Assembly (NCBI GenBank): GCA_976551045.1
Contig: CDPCPM010000022.1
Coordinates: 6,572,001-6,636,000 of the forward strand
Source of the DNA: Glaucostegus cemiculus
Taxonomy: Eukaryota
DNA: 64,000 bases
Reading direction: 5' to 3'
The number at the start of each line of letters is the position of its first letter. Positions within the stretch are counted from its first letter, which is position 1. Of the stretch, positions 13,401 to 24,445 are shown one piece after another. Both the position numbers and the translations under genes were made by a program. The notes beneath the pieces were generated by a model. The model worked only from the letters and a program-made list of their open reading frames with translations, ran no database searches and had not been told where the DNA came from.

Positions 13401-13659
13401 AGTTTATATGCAAAATAGTAAATAAAGACAAAAAGTTATTCTATTCAGCTCTCATTTCTTGATACATGGGCAAGTGACGTGGCTTCGCATTACAGAAAAT
13501 CATGATATGGACCATTTTCTAGGAACGCGATCCCTCTCTGTCCCCTGTAATGCAGGGGTTGCCTGTGTACAGAAAAAGATCCAATGATCAAAAGTCATTA
13601 AACGTAATGCTAAGAGTGGAAGTACTTGATAGTTAGATGGGTAATCTTATAGAGACACG

Positions 13660-14111
13660 TGGTCATACAGCATAGAAACAAGCTCACCAAGTCCACACTA
13701 ACTATCATGAACCCATCAACACCCATCTAACAATGATCCCATTTATATTTTACCCATATCCCCATCACTTTGCCCCAGATTCTACGACACACCTGTACAC
13801 TAGGGATATTTTACAGTGGCCAATTAACCCTCAACCTGCAAGTCTTTAGTTATCAGAGGAAACTAGAGTATCCAGAGGAAACACACAGGATCACAAGAAC
13901 ATGCATATTCCACACAAACAGAACTGTTTCAAGATTCAAGATTCAAGATTGTCTTATTGTCATTGAGCCGTTGAGACAACAGAACGAGATTTCATTGGCA
14001 TTCCCATGTCAGACAATAGGCACAGTACTTAAATATTAAATAAATAGAGAATAAATTAAGTTAGCTGAAGCTGTGAGGCAGCAGTTCCACCAGCTGCACC
14101 ATTGCGCTGCC
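13660..14111 (-). mobile_element. Older HE1-like V-SINE with CR1-type tail, interrupted at ~13928-14055
   Basis: Head ggcagcgcaatggtgcagctggtggaactgctgcctcacagc (14065-14111), V-domain at 13850-13920, and CR1-like tail (plus strand gtcatacagcatagaaaca) at 13660. Confidence 0.75.
13928..14055 (-). mobile_element. Short Rex1-like 3' tail fragment with (tcttgaa)n terminus inserted in the SINE
   Basis: The minus strand ends in gacaataagacaatc followed by (ttgaatc)3. Confidence 0.55.
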
Positions 14112-15019
14112 CTTTCCACAATTCCAGCCTTTTACAGTATTCTAACGCGCTACCATTCCAATATTTCACATGCTCCTATCAAAAATAGGATCACAGCATA
14201 TGTCATGCTAATCTGGGGAGCTTTGGCAGACGATGAAGAGATGGCAGTTTAGAACAATACCCGGCTGTTGTGCAAGAACAGAAGAAAAAAAACGAACTGC
14301 ATTTAGCAGCTTTGGAATAGCATTTCAGTGTTTGTTGGAAACATCATGCTGATATCATCACATGGTTTTCACTTAAGCATTAAACACCATGAAAGCAACA
14401 ATATATAAAGTTATTTAAAAGTGGTTCTAATTAATTTTGTGAAGACTGATGCAGATGGAACTTTTTTAACCTTAATAGATTCCTGATTAGAGATTTACCA
14501 GATGGCTCCTTGCCTACCTTATTGAACTCAAATATTTGTGGACCAAAAGAAATTAAATAATCACCTAAGAGCTCCATACCCAATTGCTAACCAATGTTTC
14601 ATTTTGGAACAGTGCACATACAGATGTTGAGTGTGAACAAGGTCAAGCTTTGATGTTCTAATGTCAAATAGCTCACTTAGGCTGAATAGACATTTGTACA
14701 AATTCATATGTCCAACAGTGAAAATTGCCCTGCAGTTATTCTTGTGCTAAATCAATGGCATTCACTCCAAATTATCATCCATCTATTTTAACATTAAAAA
14801 AAGTATGGGCAGCAAGTGTGTGGTTTCCTGATATTTGATTGCCGGGACTGATTCTGTTGTGGTAATGGGCAATGGTGAAATCAACCCTCAATTGCACAAA
14901 TTTGTACTTATACCTGTGAAAAATAACGGAGAATGGATTCCTAGAAAAGCAATGGGAAATTTTTGGAGGATATATTTTACTGAAACCAGAAATATTGGAG
15001 AATTTTGATTGGAGCATAT

Positions 15020-16096
15020 TAGCAAACTCATCACCAAACTCTGAGACCTAGGACTCAACACCTCCCTTTGTAACTGGATCCTTGACTTTCTGACCAACAG
15101 ACTGCAATCAGTGAGGATAGGCAGCAATACCTCCTGCAAGATTACTCTCAACACTGGTGCCGATAAGGCTGTGTCTTCAGCCCTCTACTCCCTATATACT
15201 CATGACTGCATGGCCAGAATCTGCTCTAACTCCATCTACAAGTTTGCAGATGATACCACTGTCGTAGGCCGTATCTCGATGAGTCGGAGTACAGGAAGGA
15301 GATAGAGAACTTGGTGACATGGTGTCATGACAACAACCTTTCCCTCAATGTCAGCAAAACAAAAGAGCTGGTCTTTGACTTCAGGAAAGGGGGTAGTGTA
15401 CATGCTGCTGTCTACATCAACTGTGCTGAGGCTGAGAGGGTTGAGAGCTTCAAGTTCCACAGAATGCACATCAGCAACAGCCTGTCCCCTTGGCATGTCC
15501 CCTTTGCCACTCACCAACTTTTATCAATGCATCATAGAAAGTATCCTATCTGGATGCATCATGGCTTGGTATGGCAACTGCTCTGCCCAGGACTGCAAGA
15601 AACCGCAGAGAGATGTGGACACAGCCTAGTGCATCATGGAAACCAGCCTCCCCTCCTTGGACTCTGTCCATACCTCTCATTGCCTTGGTGAAGCATAATT
15701 AAAGACCCCACCCACCCGAGTCATACTCTCTTCTCGCCTCTCCCATCAAGCAGATGATACAGAGACCGGAGGCACATACCACCAGGCTCAAAGCCAGCTT
15801 CTATCCCACTGTTATAAGACTATTGAACAGTTCCCTTATATGTTGAGATGGACGCTTGATCTCACAATCAACCTTGATGTGACCTTACATCTTATTGTCT
15901 ACCTGCAATGCACTTCCCTGTAGCTGTGACACTTTGTATTCTGTTATTGTTTTTATTTACCTGAACTACCTCAATGCAGTCTGTACTAACTCAATGTATC
16001 TGCACTGTGTAATGAATTGATCTGTACCAACAGTATGCAAGACAAGTTTTTCACTGTACCTTGGTACAAGTGACAATAATAAACCAAGACCAATAC
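15020..16096 (+). mobile_element. Rex1/Babar LINE, 5'-truncated, RT and 3' UTR
   Basis: Motifs [59 protein letters not shown] and FYQCIIESILSGCIMAWYG. The 3' end is ttttcactgtaccttggtacaagtgacaataataaacc. Confidence 0.93.
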
Positions 16097-16637
16097 TGAA
16101 TTGCACAAGTTGTCTCCAACTGATACAACTCCAGCCAACAATTAGTCTTGCTGACTCTTTTGCACATAATTCTGGAACTTAGAATGGCCAAAATATTTTT
16201 GACATCTGTTTTCACTGCTGGTTTTGTTGGACAAATTTATTTTGGTGAATCTAAAGAGATTAGTGACTTTGTTTCTAATCATTTTGTATTTAGTACAGAC
16301 TGGGATATTGTTTGTTTTCTTTTGCTTTCTGTAAGGGGAATTTTTCAGCCTAATAAGATACAGCAGTTCAATTGTAATCCAGAATTTATGTTTAGAGCCA
16401 CATCTAAAAGTCTGAGGTTAAATAAAATACTTTAATTACTGAGGTAAAATAGCTCAGAACTGACAACACACAGTATCAGTAGAAACAGTGAGCAGCATAT
16501 TGATGAGAACATAAAGTAGGATTACACACTTCCTACCCAATTGTTTGGCTTGGAAACCAAACAAATTTAGACAGGATGAGAGTAGGATAGAAGGATTGAC
16601 ATCAAGAAAAATAGTAAGTCTTCTCTTGAAAGAATGC

Positions 16638-16734
16638 AATCACAGAAAATTTCTAACATAGAAAGAAGCCATTTAGCCCAATATATCTGTGCTGGTCAAA
16701 AAGAGCAACCAGAACCAAATCCATTGGCCTGTAG
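16638..16734 (-). mobile_element. CR1 3' tip (host element, continues at 17935)
   Basis: aatcacagaaaat...catagaaagaagccatttagccca is the reverse complement of a CR1 3' terminus. Confidence 0.65.
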
Positions 16735-17795
16735 TTCAAGACTCCAGGACCTGGGAGTCAACACCTCCCTTTGCAGCTGAATCCTTAATTTCCTGATCAA
16801 CAGACCACAATCAGTAAGGATAGGCAGCAACACCTCCACCAAGATTATTCTCAATACTGTGTCCCACAAGGCTGTGTCATGAGTCCTCTACTCCTTATAC
16901 ACTTATGACTGTGCGGCCAGATTCTGATCTAACTCCATCTACAAGTTTACAAATGATACCACTGTAGTCGGCCGTATCTCAAATAACAAAGAGCCAGAGT
17001 ACAGGAAGGAGATAGAGAACCAAGTGGCATGGTGTCATGATAACAATCTTTCCCTCAATATCAGCAAAACAAAACAGCTGGTCATTCAGAAAAGGGTGTG
17101 GTGTATATGCTCTAGTCTACATCAAGAGTGCTGAGGTCAAGAGGGTTGAGAGCTTTAAGTTCCGAGGAGTGAACATCACCAATAGCCTGTCCTGGTCCAA
17201 CCACATGGCTGCCATTGCCAAGAGAGCTCACTAGAAAGCCTACTTCCTTAGGAGACTAAAGAAATTTGGCATATTCCTGTTGACCCTCACCAATTTTTTT
17301 GATGCACCATAGAAAGCATCCTATCCAGATGCATCACAGCTTGGTATGGCAACTACTCTGCCCGTGATCACAAGAAACTGCAGAGAGTTGTGGACACAGC
17401 TCAGCACATCATGGAAACCAGCCTCCCCTCCATGGACTCTGTCTACACTTCTAGGTGCCTCAGTAAAGCAACCAGTATAATAAAAGACCCCACCCATCAC
17501 AGACATTCTTTCTTCTCCTCTCAAGCAGAAGGTACAAAATCCTGAAAGCATGTACCACTGGGCTCAAGGACAGCTTCTATCCCACTGTTCTAAGAATATT
17601 GAATGGTCCCCTAGTACGATAAGATGGACTCTTCACCTCACAATCTACCTCATTATGATCCTGCATCTTATTGTCGACTTGCACTACACTTTCTCTGTAG
17701 CTGTGACACTTTATTCTGCATTCTGTTATTGTTTTACCTTGCACTACCTCAATGCACTATGTAATGAATTGATCTGTATGAATGGTATGCAAATC
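16735..17795 (+). mobile_element. Rex1/Babar LINE, 5'-truncated, inserted in a CR1
   Basis: Colinear with 15020-16096: PQGCV, YTYDC, KFTNDTTVVG, VESFKFRGVNITNSLSWSNH. Confidence 0.93.
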
Positions 17796-17796
17796 A

Positions 17797-17932
17797 GGTT
17801 AGAAAGTTGTGGGCATGCTATGTTGGTGCTGGAAGCGTGGCAGCACGTGTGGGTTGCTGCCAGAACATTCTACATGAAAGATATATTTCACTGTGTGTTT
17901 CAATGTACATGTGACGAATAAAGATATTTTAT
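17797..17932 (+). mobile_element. 3' half of Rex1-tailed V-SINE fused to the Rex1 3' UTR
   Basis: ggttagaaagttgtgggcatgctatgttggtgctggaagcgtggc...catgtgacgaataaagata matches the reverse complement of 4285-4420. Confidence 0.88.
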
Positions 17933-17934
17933 AA

Positions 17935-18550
17935 AAAGATGCATAATCTGACTTTATATCTCTGTATTTATGAAATTTGGTCTTCCTGCCAAGGGAACTA
18001 CGTCCTTACTTTACCCTCTCCAAGCTCCTCATAATTTTATACACTTCAGTTGTTGCCCATCAACCTCCTCTGTTCCAAGCCAAACAACTTTAGCTTATAA
18101 CAAAATTTCTTCAAAGCTGCAATTTCCAGGCTAGGCAACATGGTTGTAAATTTTCTCTGCATCACACCTTCCTGCATTGTGGTGACGAGAACAGTACATA
18201 GTACCCAAACTGTGGCAAAACTAGTGTTGCGTCCACTTTCTAACTCTCGTATTCTCTGCCTCAGCTAATAGAGGACACCACCTTTTGTGCCCTTTTAACA
18301 ATCTTATCAATCTGTCCTGCTACTTTGAAGTAAACTCAAAAGTTCCTCTCTTGCTCCACACATTTTAATATCTTGCCAATTATAGTATATTCTGTTGCCC
18401 TGTTGTACCTCACCAAATGTACATTTCTCAGGATTGAATGCATTTTGACACTTCTCTGCCAAACTGATCAAATTTTCTGCATTTAAACTTCTTTCAAAAA
18501 TTTCCTCTACATTGTCATCCACGTGGCAAATTATTATATCAACTGCAAAC
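17935..18550 (-). mobile_element. Degraded CR1 body (continuation of 16638-16734)
   Basis: ORF 18307-18630 contains KFAVDIIIC...LAEKCQNAFNPEKC, resembling KFADDTKI...WA..WQM.FN.EKC. The RGDL.EVYKI-like segment lies near 18030. Confidence 0.75.
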
Positions 18551-19499
18551 TTCTTTGTTGTTTTAGTCGAATGATTTTTCAAAGAAAATTCAACCAGTGA
18601 GGGGAAAAGAAGGGATGCAAGTCTTGTCAATGAGATTGGGCAGAGGTTAATTTAGAAGCTACAATGGAGCAAAACTCTTTGTTATCCAGCACAATTCATC
18701 AATCAGAGGTATAATGCAAACAAATAAAAATCTAGCCTTGACATTTTAAAAGATATTTTTTCCAGCTTTGTTCTTTGTATAGTGTTAGCATGGGTTACAG
18801 TGTTAGACACAAGGGTCACAGATTCATTATCGGTCTTTAAGGCTTCTTTGGGTGTTATAATGTTGATTGCCTGCTATTCTTCCCTCGCAATGCAGTCAAT
18901 GAGTGTCAGTTGCTATACCCTGATTCAGCAGGGCTAATTTAGCATGAGCATCCATAAACTACTTTCTAATCCAAGGCCTGTGCATCTAAATTAAACCTTG
19001 TTCCACTGTAATTCAAAAATCTTAAAATCACTGAACGCCAACCCTCCTCCTGCCATTGTACAGGTTGCTCAAATAAAATGGTTGCCTTCCTTTATATTAC
19101 CAAGTCTTCAAGCATTGGCTTCTTCAAGGCAAGAAAGACATTGACAGAGGTTTTTACTCTTGACAGAATGTTGTTTTGCCTGCATTAATTTTTCTGACTT
19201 GCCTTCACCTCAGAATTTCTACTTGTAAGTTCTGGTAACAGTTTTGTTTTCTGTTGCTAATTCACTTGATGGTCACTCTGGAAAATGTTTTTAAAAGATT
19301 TAATATGTTTTTACATTTAGAGAAGAAAGTGTCTTATTTTTGCAAGCTATGTGAAATCTTGCATATATTTCTGTTCATTTTTAAGACTTGTTTTATTGCA
19401 AAAAGATTCCCAGATTCTTTGCTATACAATTGTATGAATTACTTAAATTTGCAAAGTCGTTAGCAGAAGTCAGTGAACTACTTTAAAAACCTTCTCTTC

Positions 19500-20400
19500 C
19501 AAGTAAAAAGTAATGCCTTTATTATTGTGTGTAAGTTAAAGGGTATTCATATAATGATAAAATATATGAGCAAATGAAGGGTTTAATTCCCTTCCTGATC
19601 AGACAGAGGATTGGTTGTTTAAACCTTACCTAATAGTGATTAGATTTACATATGTATTACCTATGAGATCTACAGTTTGCGTCTCTAGATCTATACCAAG
19701 CAAGGACTTAGTAATTAATTAAACCCTACTGAATTAAACAACATTGCCAAATCAGTAATAATAGCTGCATGGACTTTATCATTCATCCCTCTCCTCTATT
19801 ATATTCCAGAGAACGAAAATATTATTATGTCAGTGTTGTGTAAGTATAACACTTCTTCTGGGATTGAAATTAATAGCTTTGGAAAATCCTTTTGCCTAAA
19901 TCTTAGTATATAACCTAAGTAAGATAGATCCTATAATAAATGGTCTCCAAATATCAATACTTTTTAACTTGTTTACACCTTCAATTTTGGGGGTTAAGAC
20001 AGTTTGACCACCTTTAATAAATCAGCAGTACTTTCAAATGTTTTCCTTTGGATTATAAATCTAATCAATAGCAAGAATTTCATTCCTTTAATGTCTTCCA
20101 TTGCATGAACATTGGGACCCAGAGCAGTATCTTTCTTAGGGGTTTTGAGTGCTTCCTTCTTCCAATTAACATCAATGAGACTGAATAAACCCTTGTTATT
20201 TGCTGGTTTGATGCATGAACTAAATATCTTAACATCAGCCTTATTATTACATTTGTAATATAGCTCCAGAACAGAAATCTGCAGGGGATATTTCACATCT
20301 GCAGGGCCCCTCTTATTGTGTCTAGCCAAGTTCTTCCTGTTATTGGGTAAAGTACCAGTGTCTCCTTAAAAATAGCCTTTTCCTAAGTATGCTCATACTG
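19500..20400 (-). mobile_element. Ancient AT-rich non-LTR retrotransposon RT relic (clade unassigned)
   Basis: ORF 19994-20329 EALKTPKKDTALGPN resembles (L..LK..K)SPGPDG. Downstream on the minus strand, VHAAIITDLAMLFN resembles DLSKAFD, followed by a GIK...LY.N-like segment near 19550-19590. Confidence 0.4.
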
Positions 20401-20960
20401 TGCTTTGAAGTTGTTATTCATCATTGTAATCCTTATTTTTTTTTCTAATTTTATTGATTTTGGTCACCTTGTTCTTATTTCTCTTCCTACTCTTGCTGAT
20501 CGTCATTATTTGGAAACAGAAAACTTGACTTCATTGATTAAATTTTGTAACTGTTAAGTAAAAGTCCTCTTTTATTAATAATGCTATCCTTAATATCTGT
20601 AACAGTTATTGATAACTCTTCCAATGTATTCACACTAACATTATTGTCATGACTAGAATTCATTTGCAAAACAAGAGTTTCTAATTCCTATTTATTGCCT
20701 TTAGCTGTTATTTTAAAGGGACAGATCACACTTCAACAGAATTGGGACCCAAGTTCTCACAAGAAGATTCACTAATGCTATGGTAAGAGGTTTACTAAGA
20801 GCTAAGCCAAGAGAGAGTACAAAAAAGCCTAATGTAGGCTTACAGCGTCTGTATATAAATATAAGAAATATATAGTGAGCTTCAGGCTTAATGGACCACA
20901 TGGGATAATGATGTCAAAGTAATAACAGAAAACTGGTTAAAAAGAGGGCAGGATTACCAA

Positions 20961-21020
20961 AGAACCATAGAACCAGCACAAAACAGGCCCTTTGCCCCAA
21001 CATGTTGTGCCACCCTTCAA
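20961..21020 (-). mobile_element. CR1 3' terminal tip
   Basis: agaaccatagaaccagcacaaaacaggccctttgccccaacatgttgtgcc is the reverse complement of a CR1 3' end. Confidence 0.7.
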
Positions 21021-22074
21021 ACCTTGTACAATTGTACGCAGGTTTTCAAGAAAGTTTGGTAAGGGAAGGAAGGAGAATGGAGGATTTTGTAATGTTGGAG
21101 AGAGATGGCCTAGTTTGTTTTGTGAAAGACTTAAAACTTAGCAAAACCCATGTATCTTAAGCCAAATGTTCATCAGGTTATTGGATACTAACTGTTAACT
21201 CTCTTGATCGGTTCAATGGCTGGTAAGTAGTATTTTGATATTATAGGATTGTTCATCAGCTTTATTGATAATATTACTGGAGTGAACCTTGATAAAATTA
21301 TTAAAACTTATGATTAGTATAACTGACAAAATCATTAAAATTTGTATGATCTGCAATTCAAATGATAAAATTGGTGTTAAAAATATTAATATTGTCCTTT
21401 TCCACAGCTTCCATTTTATTACATAGACTGGTTCCAGCTTCACCATAGCGGATCTCACTCTTTCTATAATTCTAAAATCATCTTGTTAGTTTAAATCATT
21501 AAGGAAACTATAGCCACCAGGTTTATAAGCTTCTTCACAGTTGGTACAATTAGCACCAATAAACCATTGATGTTACACTTCATGTTTGGCATGAGGACCT
21601 TCTTAAAATCCTTTCTATGCCCTAAAGTGCATGCCATTACTAAGCTTGGAGAAAAGGCTTGCTTCAGAAGTCTAGAGTCTAACATCCACATGACATAACC
21701 AGCCAGAGCAGTTGTTCTCAGTTGAACATTGCTTTGTGCTCATTTATTTAGTTCACTGTCTTTTAAATGTAACATCTCTCATAGACAGCTTGGTGTTTGC
21801 CCAGTGCCTTGAAGTGTTTGCTATGTGTGATCAACGTCTTAGCTTCGTACTGCAGAGAGAGGATAATTGCTGCCCAATAAATCATGAACTTCATTTCTAA
21901 TCCAAAGTCACTGTTGTCAAAACATGGTTTGCAGGTGATCAAAGATACCTTTGGTACTTTTGAAACCTTGTTGGATTTCCACATCAATACCAGTTGCTTT
22001 TGATAGACGTGGGAAATCCTTAACAATCACCAGTCTTGCCATGAATCTGAATTGCTGGAGCAGTGAACTTCTCA

Positions 22075-22320
22075 TTGGGGAAGATTATGGGAGAAACCAC
22101 TATTCTTCAAACCATGCCCAAGGATTGGGTGGCAGGGGTGATGAGGTGGAGGTGCAAGGACTGGAGTAAAAACATTCTTAGTTTAAAGCCTCATCTTTAG
22201 AATGGAACCTTCAAATGTGCACCACTCACTTGGCTTAGATAATGTAATAAAGTCTTGGTGTGGAGCTTAAATCCACAACCTTTTAACATAGAGGCAAGAC
22301 TGTTGATACTGAGTTAAGCT
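22075..22320 (-). mobile_element. Degraded Deu-domain SINE (SacSINE1-like by recollection)
   Basis: gtttaaagcctcatctttagaatggaaccttc...gtggagcttaaatccacaaccttttaacatagaggcaagactg resembles the reverse complement of a tRNA head plus Deu domain. Confidence 0.5.
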
Positions 22321-22605
22321 TGGCACAACAATAGACAAAGCAATAATGGAACAGTGTCAGAAAGCCCATTGCAGTTGATTTTAAAGGAGATAAAAAGTAA
22401 ACTGCAGTGTAACTTTTGCAATGTGTGAAACCCAAGCAGATGTAAACTTCCTGAGGTCATCACTGTTGAATATAATTTGCAAAAGAGCAGAGGCACAATC
22501 AAGCTTTGGGGTAACAACTTTTGTGGATAAAGGATAGATAATTTCTTCAACTGAGCCCCTCCTACAAGTAATAGGTTACCAGAGTGTAGCTCTGCAAAAT
22601 CACCA

Positions 22606-23603
22606 GAGGTAGTGCATTTTGTGGGAATCTTGAAAAGAATAAGACATATACCATGCAATGAATAATCTGTTGGAGGAACTCAGTGAGTTGAGCAGCATCA
22701 GTGGGAAGAAAGGAATTGTGGACATGTCCTGACGCAGGGTTTTGACCCAACATGTCGATGATTCTTTTCCTCCCACAGATGCTGCTGAGCCCACTCTTCC
22801 TCCAGCAGATTGTTAGTTGTTCCAAATTCAAGCATCTGCAGTCTCTTGTGTCTCCAAAACATATACCATGAATGGTTGGGCCCTAGGAAGTGTTAAAGGA
22901 CAAAGGGACCTTGGTGTACAAGTCCGAAGGTCCCTGAAGGTGGAGCACAGGTGGGTAAAGTGGTGAAGAAATCATATAGGATACTTATCCTCATTAGCCA
23001 GGACATAGAATATAAGGGATGGTGGTCTTCATACAATTTGGTAAAACATTGGTCAGGCCACAGCTGGAGCACTGTGTGCAGTTCTGGTCACCACATTATA
23101 GAAAGGTCATGATCACACTGGAGAGGGTGCAGAGGAGATTCACTCGGATGCTGCCTGGGTTGGAATGTTTCAGTTATGAGGAGAGACTGGATAGACTGAG
23201 ATTACTTTCCTTGCAGAAGAGGCTGAGAAGAGACCTGCTTGAGTGATATAACATTATAAGGGAAGAAATTGGGTAGACAATAAGAAATCTTTCCTTGTGG
23301 TAAAGTTGTCAAAGACCAGAGGGTTTATGGTGAGGAGTATGTTGTTTAGTGGAGATATGAGGAAGAATCTTTTCACCCAGGTGGTGGCTGAAGAAGGAAT
23401 GCACTGCCTGAGAAAGTTGTGGAGGCAGGTACCCTCTCAACATTGAAGAAGAATCTGGATGAGAACTTGAACCACCAAGGCATAGAAGGCTATAGAACAA
23501 TTGAGTAAATGGGATTGGAACAAATAAGTACTTGACATTTAGTATAGAAATGAGGAAAAAAAGGCTTTGTTTCTGTGTTGTGTCGCTCTCTGATTCTATG
23601 ACT
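22606..23603 (+). mobile_element. 5'-truncated CR1 LINE flanked by a 22-bp direct repeat
   Basis: ORF 23019-23246 reads KTLVRPQLEHCVQFWSPHYRK...LERVQRRFTRMLPGL. The tail is ctctctgattctatgact. gtgtag(c/a)tctgcaaaatcacca occurs at 22584-22605 and 23604-23625. Confidence 0.92.
22656..22858. mobile_element. Palindromic Penelope-derived mini-element with hammerhead-like core, inserted in CR1
   Basis: Inverted arms aataatctgttggaggaa (22661-22678) / ttcctccagcagattgtt (22797-22814). TSD acatataccatg at 22644-22655 and 22859-22870. Core ctgacgca-gggt-tttg-accc-aaca-tgtc. Confidence 0.85.
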
Positions 23604-23634
23604 GTGTAGATCTGCAAAATCACCACAGATCTAT

Positions 23635-23822
23635 GGAGACAGGTGAGACTGCAGATGCTGGAATCTGGAGCAACAAACAATCTGTCGGAGGAACTCAGTG
23701 GGTTGAGTTCAATTGTCAATATTTCAGGTCCTGATGCAGGGTTTTGACCTGAAATGTCGAGAATTCCTTTCCTCCCACAGATGCCACTCGACCCACAGAG
23801 TTCCTCCAGCAGTTTGTTTGTG
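23635..23822. mobile_element. Palindromic Penelope-derived mini-element with hammerhead-like core
   Basis: Arms caaacaatctgtcggaggaactc / gagttcctccagcagtttgtttg. TSD caccacagatctat at 23621-23634 and 23823-23836. Core ctgatgca-gggt-tttg-acct-gaaa-tgtc at 23731-23758. Confidence 0.87.
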
Positions 23823-24154
23823 CACCACAGATCTATCATATCTTTTGGTCTCTCTGCATTGATTGCTGTAAACCTTGAAATTAACAATGATCTTACTGAC
23901 TTGAATAGATTGGACAACTTGTCCTTTTCAAGGGATTTCTCTTGAAGTTGCTTTGATATGCATCCTTCAAGAAATTGGGCTTCAGTTCTCACACAAGAGC
24001 AGAAAACTCTCAGTTTGCAGCGAGTTTTCTCAGATGCATGTAATATTGATCAATTGTACCTTTTGCTTCTTTCCTTGTGTAACAGAACAGGTGTTTCATG
24101 TATCAGAATCCACTGTGGCGTAAAAGATGCAGCCAAAATTTTAATTTCTAAGTT

Positions 24155-24445
24155 AAGAAAAGATAAGATATTTATTTATTAGTAACATGTACACCGAAAC
24201 ACACAGCAAAATGCATCTTTTTGCCTTACTTAGAATGTGCTGCGGCACCCACAAGTGTCGCCACTCTTCCGGCACTGACATAGCATGTCCACAACTCCTA
24301 ACCTGTACACCTTTGGTATGTGGGAGGAAACTGGACCACCCGGAGAAAACCCACGCATACACACAAACTCTTTACAGACAGCAGTGGGAATTGAACCTGG
24401 TCGCTGGCGCTGTAATAACACTATGCTAACAGCTACACTACTGTG
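24155..24445 (-). mobile_element. V-SINE with Rex1-type tail, full length
   Basis: Near-identical to 4285-4574. Confidence 0.92.

Noticed and set aside
22656-22858. miRNA gene or classical DNA MITE
   Set aside because: It is multi-copy with variable 12-14 bp TSDs and asymmetric arms, which fits a Penelope-derived insertion better. Small-RNA production is not excluded.
23309-23992. Longest ORF in the track (227 aa, minus strand)
   Set aside because: It runs across unique DNA, a palindromic element and antisense CR1, so it is a chance composite with no protein motif.
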